Position numbers and translations under genes: made by a program. Positions 29,918-39,458 of a stretch of 64,000 nucleotides of DNA are shown piece after piece. The DNA comes from Alphaproteobacteria bacterium (GTDB lineage Bacteria; Pseudomonadota; Alphaproteobacteria; SP197), in contig OZ219920.1 in the NCBI GenBank assembly GCA_964291415.2, positions 960,001-1,024,000 of the forward strand, read 5' to 3'. Each line of letters begins with the position of its first letter. The stretch's first letter is position 1. The notes under the pieces are model-generated. The model did not search any database. It saw only the letters and a list, made by a program, of their open reading frames with translations, and was not told where the DNA came from.

Positions 29918-31110
29918 GCCGGCACTCCCCGGTGTTTGTGGATGTGCTGGGTGGCCGTCACCGTCAGCACGGAAAAGATCAGCATGATCGCGGCGAGGCG
30001 GAACAACCACACCACATGTCCCCCGTCCATGAGCATGCCGAAAAGCGGTGGGGCGATGAAGGTGCCGGCATCCATGCCCAGGGTCATGAACGCGAATACC
30101 TTGCCGGTTTCCGAAGGCGGTGTCACCCGGCGCACGATGAGATCGCGCGAGGGCGTGACCACACCGGCGCCCAGGCCGGCTATGGCAATCAGGATGAAGA
30201 TCGTTGCCGTGCCGCCGGCGACATCGCCGACCAGGAAGATGCAGGTGGCGGCAATGACGAATCCGCCGGTCGCCGTCAGGTCATGCCGGGTCGTGTGGTC
30301 GGCAATCACGCCGCCAATGAGGATGCCAAGGGCGGAAAATCCGAAGAAGACCGTCAGCGCGAAGGTGCCCAGCGTCTCGGGAATGCCGTGATGCTCGAAG
30401 AGCGATGCCGGAAGGAAGCTGTCGAATCCCCAATAGGCGATGGTTGTCAGGAAGAAGAAGGCGAAGCACATCTGGACAGGCAAGGTCAGGAGGATGGCCC
30501 GGCCTTCCCGGCGCCGGTTCCTGTCGCCGGAGTCGGTTCCCCTGCCATCGACCAGAATGTCACGGTTCAGCGTCATGGTCGCGGCCACGGCGAAGCCTGC
30601 CAGCCCCAGGGTGACGAGTGCGCTTCTCCAGTCCCAGTAGAGAACCGCCAGTCCGATGAATGCCGGCGTCAGGGCGAAGCCCGCATAGCCGGCAAAGGTG
30701 TGCACGCTGAAGGCGCGCCCGAGCCACTGTTTCGGTACGCCGGCCGACAGGATCGTGTATCCGCATGGATGAAAGACGGTGTTGCCAAGCCCCATGAACG
30801 CGGCCCAGATGAGAAGCTCGACGTAGCTTTGGGCGAACCCGAGTCCGATCACCGAAAGTGACAGGACACACAGTCCTGCAATCAGGACATGGCGTGCCGG
30901 TACCCGGTCGGTGAGAATGCCGACTGGAACCACGGACACGGCTGACGTGATGGCCGTCACAGCCATGATGACGCCGATGGCGGTGTAGTCGATGGCAAAG
31001 TCCTCAACCCATGTGACCACGAGTGGCGGCACCACCATGACGATGAGATGATTCATCAGGTGCCCCAGACTGACGAGGGCCACCACCTTGACGGGACGTC
31101 GCCCCCTCAT
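29914..31110 (-). CDS. MFS transporter
   Basis: About 12 TM segments; GILTDRVPAR (motif A) and GNTVFHP. Confidence 0.88.
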   Translation of the reverse strand: MRGRRPVKVVALVSLGHLMNHLIVMVVPPLVVTWVEDFAIDYTAIGVIMAVTAITSAVSVVPVGILTDRVPARHVLIAGLCVLSLSVIGLGFAQSYVELLIWAAFMGLGNTVFHPCGYTILSAGVPKQWLGRAFSVHTFAGYAGFALTPAFIGLAVLYWDWRSALVTLGLAGFAVAATMTLNRDILVDGRGTDSGDRNRRREGRAILLTLPVQMCFAFFFLTTIAYWGFDSFLPASLFEHHGIPETLGTFALTVFFGFSALGILIGGVIADHTTRHDLTATGGFVIAATCIFLVGDVAGGTATIFILIAIAGLGAGVVTPSRDLIVRRVTPPSETGKVFAFMTLGMDAGTFIAPPLFGMLMDGGHVVWLFRLAAIMLIFSVLTVTATQHIHKHRGVPA

Positions 31111-32060
31111 GCCTGGCGCCTGCGGGCAAGACGTGAACGCCCGGAGGGGAGGAGCTGTGCGACAAGCACACCGGTGATGATGAGAATGCCGCCAACCACG
31201 TGCCCGGTCGTCGGCGGGATTCCCTCCAGTGTGCGGATGGCCACCACCACCACAGGCACCAGGTTCGAATAGATCGAGGCAATGGTGACACCGACCCGGC
31301 TGACCCCCCAGTGCCAGGTAAAGAGGGAAAACGAGGCGGGGCCTGCTCCCAGATAGAGGATGAACGCGATCGAACTCCAGCTGAGCTCGAAGCGGGTTTC
31401 GGCGATTCCGAGCCCGATGAGAACCGGCAGGGCGACCATCATGGTCATGGCGCCGATCATGATGGTGATGGCGGTGATGCCAAGTTGCGAGAGACCCGTC
31501 AGCCAGCGCTGGGCGCCTATGGAGTACCAGGTGAAGAGGGTGATGGCGGCAAGAATGAACAGCTCACCGCCCCGGACGGTTCCGATACCCCCTGCCGCCG
31601 ACCCGAGAGCGGCGATGACGCCCCCGGTGACGGCAATGACGGCACCGAACGCCACCCCCAGCGTGAGTGGAATGCCAAATCCTGCCCGTGCCACGAAGGC
31701 CGCGACGATCGGAGCGGCGGCGGCGACGATGGACGCGGGAACGGCGCCTGCGTACTTCACACCAAGGGTGAGAAGCACCGTCGAGACGGCGATGCCGGCA
31801 CTCCCGAGCAGCAGGGCCGGTCTCCAGGGTACCCGGGCAAAGGGACGCCCCCTGGACTGCAGGGTGAGAAAGGTGAGCAGGAATCCGGTGGCCGACAGCA
31901 AGCGGGCCATGGTGAGGAAGTAGGGATCCCACCCGGCAAGCAGGATGTCCGTCACAATGAAGTGCGTTCCCCACACCGAGGTCCCCACCGCCAGCACGAC
32001 GTTGCCGGCGACCTTCTGCCTGACGGATACGGACGTCCCGGTGGACATCGCGCCGGTCAT
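31107..32060 (-). CDS. DMT/EamA family transporter
   Basis: Ten-TM pattern; SVWG, YSNLVPV and GGILIITGV motifs. Confidence 0.85.
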   Translation of the reverse strand: MTGAMSTGTSVSVRQKVAGNVVLAVGTSVWGTHFIVTDILLAGWDPYFLTMARLLSATGFLLTFLTLQSRGRPFARVPWRPALLLGSAGIAVSTVLLTLGVKYAGAVPASIVAAAAPIVAAFVARAGFGIPLTLGVAFGAVIAVTGGVIAALGSAAGGIGTVRGGELFILAAITLFTWYSIGAQRWLTGLSQLGITAITIMIGAMTMMVALPVLIGLGIAETRFELSWSSIAFILYLGAGPASFSLFTWHWGVSRVGVTIASIYSNLVPVVVVAIRTLEGIPPTTGHVVGGILIITGVLVAQLLPSGRSRLARRRQA

Positions 32061-32071
32061 CCGGCCGCTTG

Positions 32072-32884
32072 TCAGCTCGAATAGGGTGGCAAGGTATGGC
32101 CGGCAGGCGACAGCGTGAACACCTCGAAGCCGTCTTCGGTCACGGCGACGGAATGTTCCCATTGCGCCGAGAGGCTCTTGTCCCGGGTCACCGCTGTCCA
32201 GCCGTCGTCGAGGATCAGTGCTTCCGGGCGACCAAGATTGAGCATCGGCTCGATGGTAAAGAACATGCCTGGTTCAAGTTCGAGACCGGTCCCCGGTTCG
32301 CCGACGTGAAGGACGTTGGGCGCGTCGTGGAAGATGCGGCCGATGCCGTGGCCGCAGAACTCGTAGACCACCGAGCAGCGCTGTGCCTCGGCATGGCTCT
32401 GGATCGCGTGACCGACATCGCCGAGCCGGGCCCCCGGCCTGACTGCCTCGATGCCGAGCCACATGGATTCGTGGCACACCTCGCACAGGCGCGAGGCTTT
32501 CCGGCGCACGTTGCCGACGTAGTACATGCGGCTGGTGTCGCCATGCCAGCCGTCGAGCAGAACGGTGACGTCGATGTTCATGATGTCCCCGTCGCGCAAC
32601 ACCCTGCCGGAACTCGGTATGCCGTGACAGATCACGTGGTTGATCGAGGTGCAGATCGACTTGGGATACCCGCGATAATTGAGCGGCGCCGGGACCGCTC
32701 CATGATCGAGTATGAAGGTGTGACAAAGACGATCCAGGGTCTCTGTGGTGACACCGGGAACGACGTGAGGCGCGATCATGTCGAGTGTCCGTGCTGCAAG
32801 CGAGCCGGCAGCACGCATGCCGTCCATGTCCTCCGGAGAGTGGATTGTCACGTGCGAGTCGCTCTGGCGACGCTTGAGCTGCAT
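32072..32884 (-). CDS. map: Methionine aminopeptidase type I
   Basis: CTSINHVICHGIP, NIDVT, HGDTSRM, CGHGIG, FTIEPM and SAQWEHS motifs. Confidence 0.97.
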   Translation of the reverse strand: MQLKRRQSDSHVTIHSPEDMDGMRAAGSLAARTLDMIAPHVVPGVTTETLDRLCHTFILDHGAVPAPLNYRGYPKSICTSINHVICHGIPSSGRVLRDGDIMNIDVTVLLDGWHGDTSRMYYVGNVRRKASRLCEVCHESMWLGIEAVRPGARLGDVGHAIQSHAEAQRCSVVYEFCGHGIGRIFHDAPNVLHVGEPGTGLELEPGMFFTIEPMLNLGRPEALILDDGWTAVTRDKSLSAQWEHSVAVTEDGFEVFTLSPAGHTLPPYSS

Positions 32885-32903
32885 CGGAAAACTCCGGTGT
32901 CTG

Positions 32904-33608
32904 TCACGAAAGGCGGACCGGAATCCGCCGGTCGATCACGATGTCCTCGGTGGTCAATCTACACGAATAGGCCAGTGTCTCAACGCCCATGCCCGAGGCC
33001 CGCGTCACGGCTGCCGCGAATCCGGGGTCGATGTCGTCGGCAATTGCAAGGGAGTCGCAGTCCATGCGCTGGACGCACCAGACCACAACGGCCCGATGAC
33101 CGGCCCTGACCACCGACGCGAGCTCCTCCATGTGCCGGGCCCCGCGCGTGGTCACCGCATCCGGGAACTCTGCGCACGTCCCCTGCCGGCGCATGTGGCA
33201 GTTCTTGACCTCGACGTAGCAGGATCCGCGCACGGGATCCTCGAGCAGGAGATCGAAGCGCGAGTGGTCGCCCCAGACCACTTCGCGGCGCAGTGACGCG
33301 TAGCCGGCCAGCTCGGCAATGCCGTCCCTCGAGATCGCCTCTTCGATGAGCCGGTTCGGCTTGCCCGTGTGGCAGCCGACAAGTCCCCCGTCGGCACACA
33401 CGAGTTCCCAGGACCAGGCGAGCTTGCGTTTGCTGCCGGAGACATCCTGCAGCCAGGTCGTCATGCCGGCTTCGGCAATGCCTGTCATCTGACCCGGATT
33501 GGCGCAGTGCGCGGTGACGACGCTTCCGTCATCCAGCCGGTGATCGGAAAGAAACCTCTTGTAGCGCTTCACCAGCGTGGCGCGTCTGAGCGGCGAGGCA
33601 AATCTCAT
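32904..33608 (-). CDS. sfsA: DNA/RNA nuclease SfsA
   Basis: RYKRFL, AHCANPG, SRFDLLL, YVEVK and FPDAVTTRG..H motifs. Start MRFASPL at 33608. Confidence 0.93.
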   Translation of the reverse strand: MRFASPLRRATLVKRYKRFLSDHRLDDGSVVTAHCANPGQMTGIAEAGMTTWLQDVSGSKRKLAWSWELVCADGGLVGCHTGKPNRLIEEAISRDGIAELAGYASLRREVVWGDHSRFDLLLEDPVRGSCYVEVKNCHMRRQGTCAEFPDAVTTRGARHMEELASVVRAGHRAVVVWCVQRMDCDSLAIADDIDPGFAAAVTRASGMGVETLAYSCRLTTEDIVIDRRIPVRLS

Positions 33609-33913
33609 GGCTCCACGGCCCGGTAACGGTACGTGACACGACGCTTCGGTAACGCAAACAGCGGTTCGGTATCGAGAATGATGCTCAACGGCCGAAGTCC
33701 CGCACAGGCTTCCGGTTCCAGGAAAGATGCGCAGGGCCGACGGGCACGCCCCTGGCATTGGCAGCAAGCGCCAGCGCGGACCCTTCCGGGTGCGGCTCCG
33801 CCCGCGGAGAGATATGTCTCCTGGGCGTCCAGAATGATCGCAGACGTGCTCTTGCGGGCTTCCGCAAGCCGCAGTGCAAGCGGGTCCGGCAGTTTCAGCG
33901 AGATCGTTGCCAT
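33605..33913 (-). pseudogene. Decayed vapBC-type toxin-antitoxin pair (CopG/RHH antitoxin with a frameshift + 27-codon PIN toxin stub)
   Basis: MATISLKLPDPL..RL (RHH start), then shifted GSALALA...GPAHLSWNRK...FGR*. Its stop overlaps a TTG start (33688) of MSIILDTEPLFAL..., resembling a PIN-domain N-terminus (ILDTGPLVAL). Confidence 0.65.
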
Positions 33914-34081
33914 GAGGTTTCAGGGTATTGCCGCAGACGTGGCGGATTGATTCCATGGCATGGCGTGAGTCGTCAATTCCGCATCGCTCTGAAGCCCGGA
34001 TGACACGCCTCGATGTGGCCGAACGTGTTCTGCAGACCGCGTCAGGGAGAGGTCCCTTTTCCAGGTCAGTGCCCGACGTCA

Positions 34082-35140
34082 TCAGGATGGGTGATCCCGA
34101 CACCTCCTGGTCAATGGACCGGGCCGGTCGCCTGGTTCGTTGTCGGCGATCCATGCCGCGTAGTCGGAAAGGCCCTGGCGGAGCGGTCTGGAGCGCCACC
34201 CGACATCAGAGATGATGCGCGTGACATCGTAGGCGCCCCAGGCGCCCGCCTTGCGAGCCGGAGAACCGACGACATCGGCGACGTCGCCGGGTGCGGCCTC
34301 GCGCCAGGTCGCCCCCGGCACAACCGAGCAGACCAGGCGGGCGAGTGCGTCCAGCGTGGTCGGCTCGCCGGAGGCGATGTTGTAGACGTCGTGGCGAAGG
34401 GCGGGTGCCGCAAGCAGATCACAGATCGCGCCGGCCACGTCGGCGGCGTGGATGAAATCGCCGACGCCTTCGGCGCCCGAGACGCTCCAGGGCACTCCGC
34501 GCAGGGCCTTGTGCACCATCACGTGGGGAGCGCAGGCATAGTCACGCCCGGGTGTCGGGCGATCCATCGGTCCGTAGACGCTGGCCAGGCGCACGATGTG
34601 AAGGGGCAATCCGAACATCTCCTGCCACCGCCTGGCCAGCAACTCGCCGGAGAGCTTGGTGATGGGATAGAGCGTGACAGGAAACGGGCGAACGTAGCCG
34701 TCCTCGGGAAGCGGTCCACCGTCCTCGGGTCCGTCGTCACCGTAAACGCTGCCGGTGGAGACATGGACCATGCGCTCGAGGTGGTCGAGGGTGCGCGCGA
34801 ATTCGAGGCAATGGACCGGGCCCATGATGTTGACGCCGGCGATCGTTGCCGCCCGGGATTGTTCTGATGCGCCGATCGTAGGCGTCATGGCTGCGCCGCA
34901 CACCACATGGGTCAACGACGCCTTCCCCGGTATCGTGCCGAGCAGGTGCGGGTCGCGAACGTCTCCGGTGACCACGACCAGCCGTTCCCGGACGGGCTCG
35001 AAGAAACGTTCCGCGAGGGAGTCGGGCGGCGCGATATCGACGGAAACGGCAGACGCCGAGGGATGACGTTCGAGCCAGGTCCGCACGACATGACTCATGA
35101 CGAATCCGGTGCCGCCGGTCACGAGGAGTCGCATCGTCAT
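34082..35140 (-). CDS. NAD-dependent epimerase/dehydratase (extended SDR)
   Basis: LLVTGGTGF, VSTGSVYG, YPITK (YxxxK) and VYGP motifs. Confidence 0.88.
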   Translation of the reverse strand: MTMRLLVTGGTGFVMSHVVRTWLERHPSASAVSVDIAPPDSLAERFFEPVRERLVVVTGDVRDPHLLGTIPGKASLTHVVCGAAMTPTIGASEQSRAATIAGVNIMGPVHCLEFARTLDHLERMVHVSTGSVYGDDGPEDGGPLPEDGYVRPFPVTLYPITKLSGELLARRWQEMFGLPLHIVRLASVYGPMDRPTPGRDYACAPHVMVHKALRGVPWSVSGAEGVGDFIHAADVAGAICDLLAAPALRHDVYNIASGEPTTLDALARLVCSVVPGATWREAAPGDVADVVGSPARKAGAWGAYDVTRIISDVGWRSRPLRQGLSDYAAWIADNEPGDRPGPLTRRCRDHPS

Positions 35141-35338
35141 GTCCCTTCAACGGGTTGGCCCGCACGAGTCCTGTCTTCGATGTATGTGCGTTCAGTTTCG
35201 CCGGCATCGACGCCGCGCAGCCGCGCATGATCAGCCGGCTTGTCTGCCGAATCGATCACCAACCCCCGGAGCCGGGGGAACCTGCCATGACCGCAGACAT
35301 CGTGCTGCCCTGTCTGTCGCGCCAGGAGACCGGAGAAC

Positions 35339-35860
35339 CTATGTCTCGGATTGCTCGTCGAACTGGAAGACATCCTCATCCTCCGGGTCGGGCTTGGCGG
35401 GAAGTTCGCGGCGGAACTCGGTCTGGCTGGTGAACTCGAGGCGGCTGGCGCCTGCCGGTCCGGTCTCTTCAAGGCGGGCCAGCAGCTTGCTGGCCAGTGA
35501 CTTCGCCCTCTCGCCGGCCTTCTGCAGCCGTGAGACCGTTGCCGTATCGTAGGGGAAGGCGAACACTCTGGGTTCCTGGCCGTCGGGCATCTCGAGCCAC
35601 AGGTAGATCGCCTTGTCTTCGTGAATGTCCCAGGCGATCACCGTGTGATAGGTGGTGAAGTCCTCCAGCCAGGCGCTGCTGGCGGGCTTGGGCCTGCCGA
35701 GCAGTTCGCTGACGGAGCCATAGCCTGCCGGCACGAGGAGGGCGAGGGCCACCAGCGCGGCGATCTTGCGGGGCAGGCGTCCGGCCGAGGAGACCGCCGC
35801 CCAGCCGGCAACGGCAGCCAGCATGAAACAGGCGACGAAGCTGATGGCGACGAGTGACAC
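35339..35860 (-). CDS. Hypothetical membrane protein (2 N-terminal TM + soluble domain), third gene of the MotA/ExbB module
   Basis: GTG start 3 bp after the upstream stop; two hydrophobic helices, then LLGRPKP, IYLWL and PRVFAFPY. Confidence 0.7.
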   Translation of the reverse strand: MSLVAISFVACFMLAAVAGWAAVSSAGRLPRKIAALVALALLVPAGYGSVSELLGRPKPASSAWLEDFTTYHTVIAWDIHEDKAIYLWLEMPDGQEPRVFAFPYDTATVSRLQKAGERAKSLASKLLARLEETGPAGASRLEFTSQTEFRRELPAKPDPEDEDVFQFDEQSET

Positions 35861-35863
35861 GGG

Positions 35864-36469
35864 TCACAGCCTCTGGCTGTCAAAGAGCGAGGTGTAGAGA
35901 TTGTTGACCGTGTGCGGCAACAGCCCTCCCGCCTCGTTCAGGTTGAATCGATAGACGGTTTCTTCCTGATCGACACGCACAAGGTCGACCTTGCCGAGGA
36001 GGATCTGGCGGGCGGGTTTGTCGATGTCGAGCTTGACGCTGATGATGACATAGACCGGCACCGGCCAGATCTCGGTGTCGTTGCGGTACATGTGGACATT
36101 GACGACGTATTCGCCGTGCGGAACACCCCGGGAATAGGCCATCTCGTGATTGGCTGCCGTGAGATCGTTGAGGTAGCCAAGATCGTCACGCAGGAGGTCG
36201 AAGATGGCGCCGCCGCGCTGCGACCAGCCTACGGCGCCATCGCCCGGAGCCCTGACCCAGAGGTCAACGTCGGCATCGATGCTCTCGGGCCACTTGATCT
36301 CGACGATCACGTTGCCCGGAGTCATCAGGTCCGATGTCTTCTTTTCCGGGGGATTGACGTGCGGCAACAGCAGGATCACCAGGGCGACGAACCCCAAGAG
36401 GGCAAGCAGGATGACGTCGCGAAAGACGGTTCCGGCGGGATCGTCGTCGAGCGGATCAAGAGCCTGCAC
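35864..36469 (-). CDS. ExbD/MotB-like single-TM protein with a periplasmic YfaP/DUF2135-like domain
   Basis: N-terminal TM with membrane-embedded Asp (VFRDVILLALLGFVALVILLLPHVNP), then WP...DVDLWVRAP...LLRDDLG...NHE...GEYVVNVHMY. GTG start overlaps the upstream gene end. Confidence 0.7.
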   Translation of the reverse strand: MQALDPLDDDPAGTVFRDVILLALLGFVALVILLLPHVNPPEKKTSDLMTPGNVIVEIKWPESIDADVDLWVRAPGDGAVGWSQRGGAIFDLLRDDLGYLNDLTAANHEMAYSRGVPHGEYVVNVHMYRNDTEIWPVPVYVIISVKLDIDKPARQILLGKVDLVRVDQEETVYRFNLNEAGGLLPHTVNNLYTSLFDSQRL

Positions 36470-37118
36470 GGCTTTCGCCCAGTTCCACGATGGTGTTGAT
36501 GAGCCGGACCGTCCCGGTGGTGAGCAACTGGTAGTTGGCCATGAGCCAGATGTTGAGAAGGCCACCCACGAGGGTCGTCACGAGTGCCGTGGACATGCCG
36601 GCAATGAGGGCCGAGACCATGGGAGCGATGTTTTCCGTCTCGCCGGCAAGATCGGGGTCGACGCCCGAAAGGGCGATGATGAAGCCGAGAACGGTGCCGA
36701 TGAGGCCCAGAAACACGAGACTCGAGGCGAGATGGCGGATGATGGTGATGTTCTGCGAGAGTTCGAGGCGCAGCGCCTGGGCCAGGGTCTGGCGGCTGTC
36801 GGCATTCTTGCCGGCCGTTCGTTTGACATGGGTGGCGGCACGGCTCCCCTGGTCAGGTTCCGCCTGTCTCGCCTGGTTGAGTTCGCGGCTCGTCCACACC
36901 ACCCGCTGCAGCGCGAGGGCAAGGCCGACCACGAACACCACCACGATGACGAAGACGAAGGATGTCGAATCGGCATCGATCGCCCGGCTGACAAGGCCGT
37001 TGGCCTCGCATGCCAGGAGCAGGGCGACGGCAACGATGTTGAGAAGCGCGAAGCGCAGTATCAGTCGAAAGGCGTGGGGGTCGGCCCGGGATTCCGCGGG
37101 TCGCGTGGCGGTGGTCAT
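36456..37118 (-). CDS. MotA/TolQ/ExbB proton-channel family protein
   Basis: Channel helices LVFLGLIGTVLGFIIAL and GMSTALVTTLVGG, plus two N-terminal TM segments. Confidence 0.88.
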   Translation of the reverse strand: MTTATRPAESRADPHAFRLILRFALLNIVAVALLLACEANGLVSRAIDADSTSFVFVIVVVFVVGLALALQRVVWTSRELNQARQAEPDQGSRAATHVKRTAGKNADSRQTLAQALRLELSQNITIIRHLASSLVFLGLIGTVLGFIIALSGVDPDLAGETENIAPMVSALIAGMSTALVTTLVGGLLNIWLMANYQLLTTGTVRLINTIVELGESRAGS

Positions 37119-37277
37119 GTCGAGTTCCGCGTGATCCGGAAGTGAGCGAATATAGCCGCGCTGGGCCTGTCCGCAAACGCAGCAACCGGTGAAGCCTGTC
37201 CGGGTCGCATGCGGAGTGTTTGCAAGTCACCCGCCTTGCGGGCCAGACTTCGGGTGGTGCCTGGCGGGGAATCCCTG

Positions 37278-38042
37278 ATGAGCGAAACTGTCACCGCTGC
37301 CGTGGTGGTCATCGGCAACGAGATACTGTCCGGACGCACCCGGGATGCCAACATCGCCTTCCTGGCAGAGAACCTCACCGCACTCGGTATCCGTCTGAAG
37401 GAGGTGAGGGTGGTCGGCGATGTGGAAGAAGAGATCGTCTCCGCCGTCAACGAATTGCGCCCCCGTCATACCTATGTGTTCACCACGGGCGGCATCGGTC
37501 CCACCCATGACGACATTACCGCCGACAGTATCGCGGCAGCATTCGGCGTCGGTATCAGCATTCACCCGGAGGTCCGCGATTCACTTGAGGCGTACGCCCG
37601 CAAACGCGGCATCGAGTCCAATGAGGCCCGCCTGCGCATGGCGCGCATCCCCGATGGCGCCAGTCTCATCGACAACGAGGTGAGCATGGCGCCGGGCTTC
37701 CAGATCGGCAATGTGTACGTGCTGGCCGGTGTGCCCGAGATCGCAAGGGCCATGTTCCGGGCGGCGAGTGCGGGATTGCGCGGAGGGCCCCGCATTCTGT
37801 CCCGCGCCATCAGGGTCCATTGCGGAGAGGGAACCATTGCCGGGGCTCTCGGCACACTCCAGCAGGAGTTTCCCGATGTCGACATGGGGAGTTACCCCTG
37901 GCGTGATGACGGCGTCTTCGGCACCAGCATCGTGCTCCGCTCAACCGATCGCGAACGCCTCGATACCGCCTTCGACCGTGTCTTCGATGCATCGGCACAG
38001 GCAGGGGGACGCCCTGTCGAGGAGGACGCGGCCAGCTGCTGA
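37278..38042 (+). CDS. Molybdopterin-binding / CinA N-terminal-like protein
   Basis: VIGNEILSGRTRDAN, TTGGIGPTHDDIT and LAGVP motifs. Confidence 0.9.
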   Translation: MSETVTAAVVVIGNEILSGRTRDANIAFLAENLTALGIRLKEVRVVGDVEEEIVSAVNELRPRHTYVFTTGGIGPTHDDITADSIAAAFGVGISIHPEVRDSLEAYARKRGIESNEARLRMARIPDGASLIDNEVSMAPGFQIGNVYVLAGVPEIARAMFRAASAGLRGGPRILSRAIRVHCGEGTIAGALGTLQQEFPDVDMGSYPWRDDGVFGTSIVLRSTDRERLDTAFDRVFDASAQAGGRPVEEDAASC

Positions 38043-38169
38043 CACGCGTCCGGACCGCCGCCGCGGCCGGATGCGGCTTGCCGGTCTGTGTCTTCTTCTG
38101 ACTCCACCGGACCGGCGAACGAGCCTATGATCGCCGGGAAGGCGCGCATGTCTCATCGAGGAGGGGGCC

Positions 38170-39414
38170 ATGGAACTCAAGACACACCTGCGTGAACAGA
38201 TCGATTGGGAGCTGCCGTTTCCACCCGAGGAGTACGCCGAGCGCCGCAGGAAAGTGCGCTCCGCAATGTCGGATGCCGGTGTCGACCTTCTCCTGCTTTG
38301 CCGGCTTCCGGACATCAACTGGCTGACAGGCTACGACATGATCTTGAACCACCTGCGCAACTCGGCGACGCTGGTCGTGCGGGCGGACAGCGACGACACC
38401 CTGTTCTTCGATGCCGCGGCCCATACCACGCTCCTTTCGCTGCTGCCCGAGATTCGCGACGCCGTGATCTTCGATCACGATCCGATGGCCAGCGCTGGCG
38501 ACTTCGACGTCATCGCGGACGAACTCGCTGCCCGGGGACTGACAGACGGTACGATCGGCCTTCAGTTCTGGGGTTGGGGCCCCGTTTCTTCGGTCATCGA
38601 AACGCTTGCCGGAAAGCTCCGCGGCAAGGGAGCCGAAGTCGTCGATACGTCGCTGCTGGTCGAGACGCAACGTGTCTACAAGTCGCCGCGCGAGGTGGAG
38701 GTGATGCGGCAGGCGGCAGCCGCGACCGACAATGCGCTCGAGGCAGCACGCACCGCCATGAAGCCAGGCATGACGGAGACCGCGATCGAAGCCGTTCTGG
38801 TCGCAAGCCTGATGGAACAGGGCTGCAACTATCCGGCGATCCATACCATGGTAGCATCGGGTGTTCGCTCGGGCACCCATCACTCGCCACCGACTCAGCG
38901 CAAGGTCAAGGATGGCGATCTGGTGCATATCGACGTGTGTGGATCGCTTCACCGCTACCACATCAATACGTGCCGCACGTTCTCGATCGGCAAGGCCGAC
39001 AGCAGATGGCTGGACGTGATGGAAAGGGCCTCGGGCTCGATCGACGCCATCATCGAGAACGTGAAGCTCGGCGATCCGCTGCCTCGCGTCGACGAGATCG
39101 CCAACGCGCACATCCGCAAGGTCGGCTTGGAGGACAACGCATGGTGGATCGGAGGCTACCCGCTAGGCATTTCGTTTCCGCCCGACTGGACGGGAGCGTA
39201 CTGGGTACACTGGAACGAAGAGGACTTCGGCCCGACGGCTGAACAGCTCACGGTCCAGCCCGGCCTGGTGTTCAACTACGAGAATCAGTTCGATATCTGG
39301 GAAGGATGGCCGGGCGGTACGGGTTGCAACTTCATCGATACTTTTCTGGTAACCGACGATGGTCTGCAACTGCTCTCGCGTCTGCCCCGCACGATCCGCT
39401 CGAACGGAGACTGA
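38170..39414 (+). CDS. M24 Xaa-Pro peptidase family protein (creatinase/ectoine hydrolase-like)
   Basis: PFPPEEY..R, INWLTGYD, KSPREV, H..P..R and RYH...CRT motifs; strong GGAGG RBS. Confidence 0.85.
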   Translation: MELKTHLREQIDWELPFPPEEYAERRRKVRSAMSDAGVDLLLLCRLPDINWLTGYDMILNHLRNSATLVVRADSDDTLFFDAAAHTTLLSLLPEIRDAVIFDHDPMASAGDFDVIADELAARGLTDGTIGLQFWGWGPVSSVIETLAGKLRGKGAEVVDTSLLVETQRVYKSPREVEVMRQAAAATDNALEAARTAMKPGMTETAIEAVLVASLMEQGCNYPAIHTMVASGVRSGTHHSPPTQRKVKDGDLVHIDVCGSLHRYHINTCRTFSIGKADSRWLDVMERASGSIDAIIENVKLGDPLPRVDEIANAHIRKVGLEDNAWWIGGYPLGISFPPDWTGAYWVHWNEEDFGPTAEQLTVQPGLVFNYENQFDIWEGWPGGTGCNFIDTFLVTDDGLQLLSRLPRTIRSNGD

Positions 39415-39458
39415 ACCGGTCACGGGGCGTTTCGCAAGCGCAAGCAGCCGTCGTCGGT

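Noticed and set aside
35255..35335. B12-box-like strings (GAGCCGGGGGAACCTGCC, GCCAGGAGACCGG)
   Set aside because: The rest of the aptamer is absent and there is no plus-strand gene downstream; more likely a GC hairpin after the motor triad.
35339..37118. Calling the MotA-like module Zorya, a flagellar stator or ExbBD/TolQR
   Set aside because: No long ZorA tail, no OmpA-like peptidoglycan-binding domain, and no zorC/D/E, tonB, tolA or flagellar genes nearby.
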